From: Flectonema sp. DT1601
Taxonomy: Eukaryota
Reading direction: 5' to 3'
Assembly: GCA_964019425.1 (NCBI GenBank)
Contig: OZ025786.1
Location: 620,001 to 684,000, forward strand
Length of the DNA stretch: 64,000 nucleotides
Shown here: piece by piece, positions 46,549 through 59,222 of the stretch
Position numbering within the stretch: the stretch's first letter is position 1
Layout: each line of letters begins with the position of its first letter
Position numbers and translations under genes: made by a program
Notes under the pieces: generated by a model
Told to the model about the DNA's origin: nothing
Databases searched by the model: none
Seen by the model: only the letters and a program-made list of their open reading frames with translations

Positions 46549-48099
46549 TTACAACTTCGTCTCCACCCAGTTGTGAGATTTAATGAGAGCCTTGTGCCAT
46601 CTTTTTAGTTTTTCATCTCTAATGTCTTCACTCATGCTTGGGCTGTAGTGAGTTGTGTTGTCACTCCGACTACGGACAACTCGCTCAGCCTCTGCAAGAG
46701 ATTTGAATAAGCCGCTTCCCAGTGCTGCACAGATACCTGCGCCCAAAGCAGTGGTTTCTTTGTCCGAAGGTACAGCGACATCAATCTTAGCGAGGTCTGA
46801 CTGGAGCTGCATTAGAACTTGACTAACAGTCATTCCTCCATCAGCCTTTAATGTTCTCATCGTTATGTCCGCATCTTTTTCCATGGCTCTGATAACATCA
46901 ACAGTTTGCATTGCGATACTAACGAGGGCAGCCCGACAGATATGTTCCTTCGTTGTGTACATTGTCAACCCACACATTATTCCTCTTGCATCTGACTTCC
47001 AATGAGGAGCAAATAATCCTGCGAAGGCGGGAACAATCGTAATGCCCCCTGAGTCGGGGACTTTCTTTGCGAGTTCTTCAACTTCTGAAGGTTTCGAAAT
47101 AATTCCCAAATTATCTTTCAGCCAAGTGATTAACATCCCGGCCTGTACTACTGCTCCCTCTAGCGCATAATTTGCTTCTTCTCCTTTCATTTGGTAGCAC
47201 ACAGTTGTTAGTAATCCATGTTCTGATCTCTTTGGTTTGTTGCCTGTGTTCATTAGTAGGAAGCAGCCCGTGCCGTAAGTATTTTTAGTATCGCCCTCAT
47301 TAAAGCAGAGCTGACCTACACAAGCTGCATGCTGATCTCCGATAACTCCAGTGATAGGAATGCTGATGTTGTCGTCGACTACAAAATGACCAGCGAGTTC
47401 ATTGTTTGTAATTATCTTCGGGAGAGCTTGCATGGGAACACCAAGAAGTTCGCACATATGAGAATCCCATTTCTTCGTATGAATATTCATTAAAAAGGTT
47501 CTGCTGGCATTACAAACACTCGTAACGTGTGACTTCCCTTCCGTTAGTTGATAAACTAACCAGGAATCGACTGTTCCAAGGATGTACTCACCGGATTCTA
47601 ATTTTTCAGAGACATTCTTAAGGTGTGGATGTGTGTGACAGGCTTCAGTCATAATCCATTTTATTTTGAATGCCGTGAAATACGGTGACGCAGGGAGTCC
47701 CGTAACATCACGGAATTTATCTTTTCCGTGTTCTGCACAGAACTTGTCAACTATTGACTGCGTGCGTAAGTCACACCAAATGATGGCGTCGTGAACTGGA
47801 AGACCAGTCTGTTTGTTCCAAATGACAACACTTTCCCTCTGATTAGTAATACCAATTCCCTTTAACTTTGCTACTCCTTCGCTATCTATTGTACTCAGCT
47901 GCTTTAATGATTCATTAATGCATTCCTTAACGTTATTTAATATCTCCATCGCATCATGTTGCAACCACCCTGGTTGTGGTGTGATCTGCTTGTGGCTCTT
48001 CTGGTGTGACGCCACCTGCACCATTTGTTCATTATAAATTATAACTCTGCTACTTGTAGTGCCTTGATCGACACTTCCGACATACCAGCTGCTGGACAT
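46549..48099 (-). CDS. GK: Glycerol kinase (FGGY family) with C-terminal TKL
   Basis: Motifs VDQGTTSSR, GITNQRES, AIIWCDLRT, TGLP.SPYF, NASRT, GDQHAA, KNTYGTGCF, YALEG, VPAFAGLFAPHW, DGG and ETTALGA. Confidence 0.97.
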   Translation of the reverse strand: MSSSWYVGSVDQGTTSSRVIIYNEQMVQVASHQKSHKQITPQPGWLQHDAMEILNNVKECINESLKQLSTIDSEGVAKLKGIGITNQRESVVIWNKQTGLPVHDAIIWCDLRTQSIVDKFCAEHGKDKFRDVTGLPASPYFTAFKIKWIMTEACHTHPHLKNVSEKLESGEYILGTVDSWLVYQLTEGKSHVTSVCNASRTFLMNIHTKKWDSHMCELLGVPMQALPKIITNNELAGHFVVDDNISIPITGVIGDQHAACVGQLCFNEGDTKNTYGTGCFLLMNTGNKPKRSEHGLLTTVCYQMKGEEANYALEGAVVQAGMLITWLKDNLGIISKPSEVEELAKKVPDSGGITIVPAFAGLFAPHWKSDARGIMCGLTMYTTKEHICRAALVSIAMQTVDVIRAMEKDADITMRTLKADGGMTVSQVLMQLQSDLAKIDVAVPSDKETTALGAGICAALGSGLFKSLAEAERVVRSRSDNTTHYSPSMSEDIRDEKLKRWHKALIKSHNWVETKL

Positions 48100-48259
48100 T
48101 TTTAATTTAAAGCCTGAAGTAGAAGAAATTGTGAGTGGAGCTCGCGTTCGACGATTGACAACTTGTGTGAAACCATCTTGTGACCCAGATATCTGATCAG
48201 AGAAAATTAAATACCTTTTAACAATTACTCATTCCTTCTTTTTACGTTGTACGAGCGTA

Positions 48260-49138
48260 TTAAATAAAGTAACGGGGGGCGTTATTTTTCACGTAATTCA
48301 GTCCCATTCCCCAAAACATTGATTCCATTTTGCTAGCAGCTACGAACGCTTCTTTCATTTGCCTGCGAGTATCATCCGAAGCAGAAGCTGCTGCCATGTC
48401 TACGATGCTGAGCATTAGTTTTGTTGCGGCCTCAAATTCAGGTGCAGCGTATTCCTGAATCCAGGCTTCGTAGTAAGGATTCATCACTCCCCCCATCACT
48501 GCTCTCCTAGAGAGAAGACGTTTTCCCACGTATAGATATATCCAAAAGCACGGAGTGAACGCAGCAAGCCCAACCTCCCAAGATTCCATAGTTGCAACCT
48601 TCAAAAGGTACGAAGTGTACAAGGCATTGAACGGGTCCTTCCTTCCTCCAGTTGCATTGAATTGCTTCCAAGCGGGGCTTTCAAGCCACTTTTGGTGCAT
48701 CGCAGCTTCGACAACAGCTGTACCTTTTGCAAAGTCGAGTAACGCTATTGCGGCTTTGTCGTGCTTAGCGCGAGATGCTAGAATTGCAAGTCCACGTGCG
48801 AAATCTCCCAAATACATCGCATCTTGTTCAATGTAATATTGAAATGCTTCAAGGGGAAGACTGCTGTCGAGAAGTTTTTCTAGAAATTCATGATTATCAA
48901 TATCCTTTATGACATCACTAGCAGCCTCCCACATTTGCTCCGACATCGTCTTACCAATTACAGTCATGTGAAGTTGTGGGACTGGAGCTGACCCCGTCAC
49001 ACTCGTCACCGTTGTTGGAATGCCCTTCGGGGTCGACAGTTGCAATACTGAAGCGGCCAACAACACATTCAAAAATAACGAAATACCCAACAGAACCGTA
49101 AGGCCTGTTTTCGGAAGCTGTGGATACGGCTTGAACAT
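48260..49138 (-). CDS. tenA: TenA/THI-4 family aminopyrimidine aminohydrolase (thiaminase II) with an N-terminal membrane anchor
   Basis: HEFL...LP.EAFQYYIEQDAMYL, YTSYLL, PCFWIY (catalytic Cys), YEAWIQEY and ESMFW, preceded by a hydrophobic helix and a Ser/Thr/Pro-rich stalk. Confidence 0.92.
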   Translation of the reverse strand: MFKPYPQLPKTGLTVLLGISLFLNVLLAASVLQLSTPKGIPTTVTSVTGSAPVPQLHMTVIGKTMSEQMWEAASDVIKDIDNHEFLEKLLDSSLPLEAFQYYIEQDAMYLGDFARGLAILASRAKHDKAAIALLDFAKGTAVVEAAMHQKWLESPAWKQFNATGGRKDPFNALYTSYLLKVATMESWEVGLAAFTPCFWIYLYVGKRLLSRRAVMGGVMNPYYEAWIQEYAAPEFEAATKLMLSIVDMAAASASDDTRRQMKEAFVAASKMESMFWGMGLNYVKNNAPRYFI

Positions 49139-52100
49139 CTTTTTCGATCTGAATTAGGAAAATGTTGTTTCACTACAGAACGATATTCTGATGAGTTAGA
49201 ATATGAGATAATACACTAAGTCAAAATATAAAAAAAAATTAAAAAAAAGTTTACAAAAACACATTATTCTGCTGTTCCTGTGGGATACGTAGTTTTCAGG
49301 AGCCTTAATCTTTATATGTCTTGTCCCTCTTAGGCATTCATCAGTAATTTCTAGTTAGTAATTCTAGAAGGCACGAGATTTGAGTAACCCGCACCCAATT
49401 AGAGATCATGTTTTTCCAACGTGTCTACCATGATGAATTCAACAGTTTGTTGCCTGTACAATAAATAAATAAACAGCAGTTACAACAGAAAAAACAACAA
49501 ATAAAATAAAATATTATGAGCAAAAAGGTTGAAGGGAGGTACTGTGTTTCGTTGTTTTTTTCTCACTCTCACAATTCTATTCTTTCTTTTTTTTAATTCA
49601 AGACGCTTTCAGGGGAGGGCTAAGACAAAATGTGTAAGTACGCACGCAGTGTTGTTTTCGATCAGAAGAGCAACCTCCGCTGCTGCCCCAAATTTACGAA
49701 AAGAATGACATTCTTTTAAAGGAGTATTCATAAGCTAAGAATCAAAAATAAACTACGACTCTCAGAGTGTGTTTGCGGAAGTGAAGACACCGCAAAAAAA
49801 AAGTGGAGATTAATCCGGTGGGCGATGCAATTTTATTTCTTCTTCTCACTCTCTTCCCAATTGAAGTCGGAGAAGTGCTTAAATACCAAATAATGTAAAA
49901 ATTGCGTTTACTTCCCAATCAGATATCTTACGGAGAGACGAATCACAACACAACGTTTGAGAAACTCTCAAAAGAAATTGAAATTAAGAAGCCGCAATAG
50001 GGGAATTCACAACATCGGAAGACGTTGTTTTCCCCAAATAACAAAAAAAAAAAAAAAAAAAAAAAAAGAGGGACAGGAAACTTATTAACGAAATTTTTTT
50101 TTAGTTTTTTTGTTTTTTTTAAAAATAAAAAATATTTTAAAAAGCCATAAATAAATCTCAAAAAAAAAAAAAAAAAACGGCAAGCAATAGCACAACGACA
50201 CCACCTATGGTCTTCCAGTGTCGAAAATGCTCGCAACAAAGTCAGTCAGTTCATGTACATGTGTGAAGGTCGACACTGGACATGTAGCTTGTCGTATCGA
50301 ACAGACAGAGCGACTACAAGCGGAAATTAGGGGAAGAAATGTAAGGTATAGGGGAAAAAAAAAAAAGAAAAAAAAAGATGAATTGAATTATACTGATAAA
50401 GAGTTCAATAGTAGTTTTAAAAATACTCCGCAGAGCGATAATAGGAAAAGTTTAGGTAGCGTTCGTGGATATCAATATCCACCTGTATTGCATCACAAAG
50501 AATAAATCAGGTACTACAACTACAGCAGTATGACCTGAACTTTGGACTGCGGGATTGTATGTTTGCTGACGTAACCGGTTCATAGCAAAAGGAAATTTCA
50601 GCAATTCTGGTAAGAGAGAAGAAAAACATCATTTCAATAAAAGTGATACTAATAAGAATTTCTTTTTTAAATTCTTTTTTTTTTTTTTAATTTACGCGAC
50701 GTTACGACAAAAAAAATAACAAAAAAAAAAAACAATCACCAAGACGGTTAACTGGTCTTCACCCACTGATGCAGGTCGCCTTGAAAAAATAATTTTTTTT
50801 TTGCTTTGCTTTGCTTTTTTTTTTTTTTTTTTTTTGAAAAGTAACGATACATTAATGAAAACACTTTTAGTTTCAGGATCCCAATTCGAATTCAACCATC
50901 GAATTGATGTTCAAAGAGGATAGAATAATTACTACTTATGACATCGCACTGGAAAGTCGACGATCTAAATATTTCGTAAGCTGCTGAGCTGATTGCAACA
51001 ACAAACTAAAAAAGAATTGGCCTAGCAATACAATAATAAAACGCTTGTTGATGTTTTTTTTTTTTTGTGTCACGAAAACCGTGAACCGAAACTGAGAAAG
51101 CTAACTTACAGTTTACGGGTGCTGCCAACTTTCTTTTTAGCAATACCTTTGTTAAATGCAAAAAAAAAAAAAAAAAAAAGAATTGTCGGATATAAGTGAA
51201 TGCGTCGAAAAAAAGGGAAGAAAAAATACCCCGCCCCAAATTAAATAACGAAAAAAAATACGAAGACATAATGGCACAAACCAATCATTGTGTTACCGAT
51301 CCCTCCTTTCGCATGTTCAGAAGATAATTCTGATTGACCTGATATGTTTCTCAATTTAGATCAAGAAAACAGATCAATTAATACTCGCAAAATAAAACAA
51401 AAAAATAGAGATCCAGAAATATGCCCTCTTAGCCAAACGTATTCAGCTGCCATTTCTATCGTTACGAGCGATAATGAGCTTCGCACAAGCTGATCATGCA
51501 AACAGCCAACCAGTGTCACTCACAGGAAACAGTTGAGCTTTACAATAAGAATAAATTGTACGATTCTCATATTTCTTATATCCCACTCTCTGACTTCACT
51601 ACGCTGATAACAATAAAAGGAAAAGTAATTGACAAAAGAGCAGGGGAGAGGGGATTTCAATGGCAAACTACTGACGGAAACCGGGCACACTGGTCAAAAC
51701 TGAGACAAGATGTACGGTGGGGAGGGCGACGCATAAGTTACGGAATTCATTCTGGTCGATTCGGCAAGCGCGGGGAGTTGGTTGTGAACGAAAACCTGGC
51801 GGGAACATGTACGGCGATGGAGACACACTAACAAGACGTCGTTTCGGAATGCACAGCACAGCGCAGCACGGGATAATAACAAGACAACAAAGATTCGTCC
51901 GTTCGCTTCGTGAAAAGTCCAAGCATCAGCATGGCACCAATTCAAAACTAACGCCTGAAAGAGAAAGGAGAGCAGGCAAGTAAAAGCAAGAAGAGAACAG
52001 CAACACTACAGAATGCTGCAAACATTAAAAAGAGAAAAACAAAAGGCACCAATCTCAATGCTACAGAGAAAGGATCCAATTGCCCTTGTAATTAATCGCA

Positions 52101-52721
52101 TCAAAATGATTGGAATGGGAAGAGGAAAAAGAATTTCAGGAAATCATAAATATCTAATTCCCGGACTGCTGTGTAGTCGCTAAAGCAGACAGTATAATGG
52201 TGGTATTATATCAATTTATTATAAATCCTCCTTGTGAGAGGCATCTAATTCAAGTCAGTAATAAAAATTAAAAAAGGGAATAAAGACAATAATACTCCTC
52301 CCTGCTTTTCGTGCTTCAGTAAGAGTTATGCCACATGTGGTACCTGACGCACTTGTATATTATTGGGTTCTACGCCGCGCTTTTTCAAATGTGGGTAGTG
52401 ATGTCTTCCAAACAAGATTGAAGAAATCAAGATCAGACGGAGGAAGAAACCTGCCGTCGGATGATGTTTTTAAAGCCAGTGCCGCATGGCAATGCGTCAC
52501 AGAGCTACTGCGGGTAAAAGAGATATAAAATCGGGAAAAAAAATAAATTGAAATAACAAAAAAGGCACTATCGCAATTAACCTTCTTACTGGGTAAAGAA
52601 GAATGAAAAAGATAAGCAATAGCACTCTTAATGAAATGCGCCATCCGAAGAACGAACAGTCGAAAATTGACTTTTTAACTATTCGTGCTTAGAGTGCATA
52701 AATTGATTTGGGAGTGAGTAA

Positions 52722-54314
52722 TTAATGAAAGAGAGATAGTGGTCGGGAACGTTGATGAGGATGTGAATGTGCAGGTAAGAACCCAGAGGACCCAGATCTG
52801 AGACGATGCCCTGACGGTGTCGGTGTTGACCCATCAGCGTTAGTAACTTGCGTATGATAACCTCTCTTCCTCAGTCTACTATGAATATCAAAGGTCCTGC
52901 TGACGTATCCTAACTTTTTGTGTCCATTTCTCTGATGAGTTCCTGGGTGTGGTGCAGCAACTCGTCTTTCAGATTGTCTATTTATTCTTTCTGATCTAAC
53001 TAAGTCTCGTGCGAACTTATTATAAGTACCAGCCATCTTATTAATGTGATCCATCACTTGAGTCGATCCGGCTCCATTCTTCTCTGCTGCGTTCACATGT
53101 GACGAAGAGGGTGCGACGATCCAGCGGAGATCAATAAGACGCTTGGCTGTCAAGCGTTGCTTTTCATCGCGTTCAAGACACCCACGTAGGAACTCCTGAC
53201 AAGGAGGTGACACATCAGGAAGTTGTAGTTCTTCAGTGTTTGCGACAGCAAACATTGCAGCGTACGATGTTTCGTATTCTGAGAAAGGAGGTCTTCCAGA
53301 GAGCATCTCAATTACAGTACAACCAATTGACCAAATATCAGCTGGAAGTGAATGCCCAGTGTGTTTAATTACTTCTGGAGCCATCCAGTGAGGTGTTCCC
53401 TGAAGAGAAACTAACCGAGTGTGACTATCAGTTAGCTCACGACAAGTACCGAAGTCAGCTAGTTTCAAGACACCAGTAGCTGACAGTAATATGTTCGCAC
53501 CTTTAATATCTCGATGGATAATCTTCTTACGGTGAAGGTACTCAACACCTTTTAGAATCTGAGCAGTGAATCCGCGGGCAACATTTTCTGTTAAACTTCC
53601 CACTTTCTCAACAAGCTGAGCGAGTGTTCCTCCAGGATAGAAGTCCATTATTATATTAATCGAAGTGCTGTCTTTGTGAGTGCCGTGGAATTTCACAATG
53701 TTTGGATGTTTTAATTGTTTCGTTACTTCGACTTCTCTCCAAAGTAAGTGAGCCGCCTCTTCCGTTGAAGTGTCTACTTGTGAGAGAATTATTTTCTTTA
53801 CGGCGACTAATTCTGGAAGGCAAGCACTATTTTGCTTCACTCCCAAATAAACACATCCATACGAACCTTGTCCTAAAACGTGAGCAAGTTTGATGTGTCC
53901 TAATAAATTTGTTGATGGGGAAACAGCTGCAGACGGAGGGGGAATTACTGGGGCCAGAGAGTCAGCTGGTGGGGGTGTTGGGGGTGGTTGAGATTTCAAG
54001 GCTTTCAACTTTCGTTCTTTTTGGAAAATGACTTCCCTTGCAGGCGACAGAAGAGGCGTCTCAGCAGCTTCAACTACTGGCGGCGGAGACGGCACTCTGC
54101 TTGGAGCTAATGAAGACACTCCAACGATGTCTTCAAATATCTCTTCCTGTTGCCATGCCGTTTCATCGTAAGCCTCAGATACTTCATCAACGACACTCAG
54201 GCAATCTTCACATGTCGATATCATGTCCTGTCCTGATGACGGAATTTCCGCAAGCCGCACTACCCCTTTTGCTCTATCCATTCTTCTAACTGTTAAGGGG
54301 GGAGGTTTATCCAT
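52722..54314 (-). CDS. STE11/MEKK-like MAP kinase kinase kinase
   Basis: Motifs LGQGSYGCVY, VAVKK, HPNIV, HRDIKGANIL, KLADFG, GTPHWMAPEVI and ADIWSIGCTVIEMLSGRPPF. Confidence 0.95.
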   Translation of the reverse strand: MDKPPPLTVRRMDRAKGVVRLAEIPSSGQDMISTCEDCLSVVDEVSEAYDETAWQQEEIFEDIVGVSSLAPSRVPSPPPVVEAAETPLLSPAREVIFQKERKLKALKSQPPPTPPPADSLAPVIPPPSAAVSPSTNLLGHIKLAHVLGQGSYGCVYLGVKQNSACLPELVAVKKIILSQVDTSTEEAAHLLWREVEVTKQLKHPNIVKFHGTHKDSTSINIIMDFYPGGTLAQLVEKVGSLTENVARGFTAQILKGVEYLHRKKIIHRDIKGANILLSATGVLKLADFGTCRELTDSHTRLVSLQGTPHWMAPEVIKHTGHSLPADIWSIGCTVIEMLSGRPPFSEYETSYAAMFAVANTEELQLPDVSPPCQEFLRGCLERDEKQRLTAKRLIDLRWIVAPSSSHVNAAEKNGAGSTQVMDHINKMAGTYNKFARDLVRSERINRQSERRVAAPHPGTHQRNGHKKLGYVSRTFDIHSRLRKRGYHTQVTNADGSTPTPSGHRLRSGSSGFLPAHSHPHQRSRPLSLFH

Positions 54315-55409
54315 ATTGCAGCTTTCTGATGTTGAAATGAGTTATTTATTGTAATAAAAAGTTTATACTTTCTGTTGAGAAGTAATCGTCTCCATAGTAG
54401 TAGTCCTGTTGGTGAATAAGTTGAGAACAGAATTAAGATTTTCTACCAAAACCAACGGGCGGCAATATACGAAGATTAGATCAGAATGACCTGACAATAA
54501 CGAAAATACTTTCTTTTTTTTTTTTTTTTTTTTTTTTAAAAATTTGCGTGAGTGAAAGTGAAGTGAGGTGATAACCCTCTCATGTATTCTATACTACTCA
54601 CAGCTTTAAGAAGATAAATTTGCTATCTTATGTTTGCACAGAGATGAATGGAGAGCGATCTCGATCTCAGTAGAAAATGATATCTGTACCTTTCATGGTG
54701 TTGAGGCAACTAAGATAGAGACAAGATGAGATAATTCAGCAGTTTACTACTGTTGGTGTTGGTGTTGCTAATTAACCTCTATGAACCAACAACTATTCAC
54801 GCACAATATAATTCTAAATTAGGGTAATCTCCGCGGGGATCGACAATAAAACAATCGGCTCTCACTCCAGACTCCAGGTATGTAGCTGCTGTTTATGTTC
54901 GCTCATTGATACGACGATCACTTTAGTTAGTAGTGTTATTTAGCGTTTAAAAACGCATTTTTGTCAGCGAAAAAAAAAAACAGAAAAGCACAAACAAGGA
55001 ATCGGGAATCGTGATATTTTTCCGACAAATCAAAAAAAAAAAACGATTTCCACGTCGGTTTTGATCATTGAAAGCAAAATTATGAGCAAATTAAAAATAG
55101 TGGGAGGGGTGGATGCAGCAAGTCGTTTAATAATTCTAAGATTGAGTGAGGTACCCTCCCTTCGCTTCTTTCAGTTTTTTTCGATTAATTGAAATCTAAT
55201 GTGTACTGTCGGCCGTAAGAGGCTGTAACGATAAAATAATATTCCATTCACTATGTCTTTGAGTGGTGTAAAGTCATGTGGAATTCTAAAAAAAAGGAAG
55301 ACTTGCGTCTGTCAACAATATATTGAAATGAATTATCTTTTTTTCATCTCACTCACTCTTTCTTTCAAGAGATACAATGTAGTAAGCGCATGTGCGCTAC
55401 TGACAGCAT

Positions 55410-58400
55410 TTACGTAAATGCGAATGCGGAGAAGTCGAGGTACTGCGATTCTTCGTCGATTTCCTCCTCATCGTCGTCATCTTCATCATCGTCAGGCTCG
55501 TCATCATCATCATCGTCCTCATCCTGAGGATCCTGAAGATGTTTAACTTCACTTGAAGTACTCGTATCAACAGCACTACTTCTATCAGCTCTTCTATCAA
55601 CAAATGATGTTCGTTTCCTCTGACTTGCTTCCCTGCCTCCCATACTTTCCGCCCTCGGAAGCAGAGAGCGATTCTTCTGCGCTGCCGGAGTGATTGCAGC
55701 CGCTGCTGCATTGTTCCCACCAATACTGGTAATCAACTCGTGGACTATGTCTCCAAGTCTGAGGATTGCCGGATCACCTTCAATAGATATAAATGGAGCG
55801 AGACCATGACAGAGTCCCCTTCCAATGTCCATGTAATCTTGTGTGTTATAATGATAAGTACTCCCTCCCATCATAGAAGCCTCAATGGTGTATGATAAAC
55901 GAATACCGAGCTCTCTCCATACAACAACTCGTCCAGTAGCTTCTTTTGCTTTTTGAACCTTAAACGACGAAGTTCCATAACAGAAACCTGGAACCACATC
56001 ACTCATAATACGAGGGAGAACTCTTTCAAGAATCAGTGAAGGAGTTACAACAACATTCTTCCTGACTGGGTTACAACCGTACATAAAGAAATTACGATGT
56101 CTGCTGTGACCATGCATATCACAGAATACTAAAACATTCCTGTTCTCACGTGTTTTAACATGTTTAACGAGACTCTTCAAAGTTAAGATCTCAGGAGAGT
56201 ACTCCATCGACGGCTGATGCCATTCCCTGTTAAGATCGCGACATGTTAATGAACAGCGATAGTTACCATTAATTACTCCGTCAGGGTTCAGCATCGGTAC
56301 GATCTTCCACACAATTCTATCTCGAAGCTGTTTCGCTTCTTCGATGTAAGGATCCAATAAGAAATCAATCAATCCTTTCACCATCCAACTACTGCAAGAC
56401 TCACCTGGATGAACTCGAGCACTTACAAAACAAACTTTCCTCTGCGCGATATCTTCTTGTGGTACTCGAGTTCCATCAGGTCGCCTCATGGTTGTTATCG
56501 TTAGAAGGTTTACAGAATTACGACCGACTGACTTGCATAGCTCCTGTTTTATTTTGTTGTTGGGAAACACAAACCATCAAATTGAATAACAAACAAGTCC
56601 AATCCCAGACATCAAGACGCGATCAGAGCGATAAGAACAAACAACTCACTTCAAAAGGCCAACACTTGAAAGTGAGGAAAACAGCTTCCGTCCGACAAGA
56701 AGATAACAACAAACCTGATTCTCTAAGTAGTCAGATACTTGAGGGTACTGCTGTGGAATTAATCGAAGGTATCGCTGAAGGTCTGTTTTAATTGTTTTCT
56801 TTTCTGTACCAAGCTAACCCTGTTAATTAAACCCTTTTTCAGTTCTCTTTTAATCGATTCGTGGTTTCGAAAACAAGCAAAAGTGTACCAAAATAAAAAT
56901 AAAAGAACAAACCAGAATAAGTGTAAGGATAAGAGTGTGCAAAGTAACAACGATCGTCATCATGTTTGAATGTCACAGTGAATGTTAAAGTGTAGTACGT
57001 TCCTTGTGAACGGTTATCCAAACGGCGCATGGCTGATGACATGGTTGCGGTCGCATCATCTTTCTTTGCACCAGAAGCTTTCGACTTCTTTTTCTCCATC
57101 GTGACAACTCTGTCAACATCGCAAGGCATGGGATCTCTCTTTCGATATGGGTTCCTCATGTACGCTACTTTCGATCCTGTTCTGTGCCATCCCTTTCCAT
57201 GTTTTGTAAACTCTCTCTCAGAGAATAGAACTGGTTGCTGACCCTCATTAAATAAACTAGAGGTTTTCTCTAGATTAATAATATTGAATTTATAAGGAAT
57301 TCCAGGAACTATATTTTCAACTGAGAAGTAAAACCATTGCATGTGATACGCGCTGTTGACGTCACAATTTAGAATCAAATCATACTCTGTGGCGTACACT
57401 CGTAGAACTCGCTTCAGGTTTCCAGATTCAAAGCTAGATGAGAAATTCAAACACGGGACTTGTGACTTCGTGTGTAGTTCTAACCCGCCTACCTCAAGCA
57501 TTCCAGGAAAGAGTGGCTTTGGAGGAGAAACAGTTCGGGGGATGTCATCATACACCACGACATTCATTACTTTTTCCGGCACAGTTAGCCTCATTAGTTC
57601 GTGTTTTATTATTTCTGTTTTCGCAGCCTCCGAAGTGACTTGCAACTCCTCAGGTTCCTGAGGTATGAATTCCAAAACTGATGCGCAACTCGGAGACGCT
57701 ATCGGATCTGCAAACGGTCTGATGTGCAAAGGCGGTTCCACAGCACCAGTTGCACCCAATTGAGAATATGGATGAGTATCAAAAAGTGATATTTCTGGTG
57801 AGAATAGCGACATGTCGCGGTGCTCAGCAGCTGGTGGAGTGTTTTCTGAATCACGACTCGGATTATCTGTGTGAGTGTTTCCTTTAATGTTGTAAATAAT
57901 CTCTTCTTCATGGCGAATAGGGAGCTCACAGATGTCGTGGAATTTGAATAAGTGATTTACGATATCGAGTAGTTGATCACCAGTTTTATCATTATTCATA
58001 GCGAGGAGGAGTGATACGATTTTTTGAGTTCCTCCAACAGAGCGAAAGTGTGCCATTCCGTCAGAATTGTCAGCGAGTACTCTAATCGTGTCTAGGGCTA
58101 ATCGTTGTAGCTCACCAACAGTTCCAAACATTTCCAACACTCTGAACATCGTCATGACTGTTCCCTCCCTGACAAGGGGGCTAACGGCATCTTCTATTCG
58201 AGTGAGTAGATTTATTGTTTTACAAACACATTTTAATATCGTCAGGTGTTGTTGTTGCTGTTGCTGTTGTTGTGGAGTTTCACAAACCGTAGCAATTGAA
58301 TTCAAAACTCGTTGAGTCAGTTCTGCTAAAGTCGGAACAGCTCCCTTCTTAACAACAGCCTGAACATTTCCATCACACTTTGAACAGAGTGAACAGATGC

Positions 58401-58998
58401 AATTTAGAGCTGCTGCTAGAGTTTCGTTTGAGCCATTCTTCACAACACCAACAAGTGTTGTGATCCCACCTGACAATCTACACATTGTTGTAGTTCTGAT
58501 ATCAACACTCGCTAAGACACATAATATATTACAAATATTACTAAACAGTCTGGCATTCTGAGCTTTGTGAATATTTAACAAAGTGACTGACAGTTTGGAT
58601 CCCCCTCGCTTAGCAATCTTTTGAATCACTCGAGGCTGTCTCCTTCCTGTGAAGTTTATAAGAAGGCAAAGCAACTGGGAAGCTGCTTCAGAAAACAAAG
58701 CATCAGTACAGTGGTATTCCATTGCTGCAATTAATACTGATAATCCTCCAACTGTTGTGTGTTGGAACTTTGTAAACCAGTCCTTTCCGTCATCATCTTC
58801 TAATCGAGAATGACATGTCAAAATACATTCTCTCGCTAACATTCCGTTCTTAAAATGTGTCTTTATACTTTTAACAACTGCGAGAACATCTCTGTTAATT
58901 ACATCTACTTTCGTCTGCCCGTCAACATCTCTACTCAGTCGGTTCACTGTCGGAAGTGACAGTGACCGTTTGCCGTAGCATAGTCTACTATCAGACAT
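55410..58998 (-). CDS. CCP1: Cytosolic carboxypeptidase 1/4-like tubulin deglutamylase (ARM region plus M14 peptidase); exons 58998-56913, 56782-56715, 56543-55410
   Basis: FSSSFESGNL, QWFYF, FNIINLEK, spliced YFAHSYPYTYSDLQRYL, SARVHPGE, PMLNPDGV..GNYR, DLNR, DMHGHS and SYTIEAS, with N-terminal ARM-like repeats. Confidence 0.93.
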
Positions 58999-59222
58999 TA
59001 ATAATTCATTTTATATATTGGTGCGGATGGTGACTGTAAAGTAGGATTAGGTAAGGGAAAGGTTCACTTATTGAACCACGACTTCTGTATTTGATCAGAA
59101 TTAACATCTCTGTTTTTTTCTGATATATTTGAATCCTGTTTGTGAATTAATACAACAAAAGAAGTTCATAATAGAAATACTTGCTGCTTCTACTAAACTA
59201 CCTCAACAAGTGAGAGAATAAT

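Noticed and set aside
14406..49138. A vitamin/cofactor gene cluster (PanK, TenA, glycerol kinase)
   Set aside because: The genes belong to unrelated pathways, and PanK is more than 30 kb away in the opposite array.
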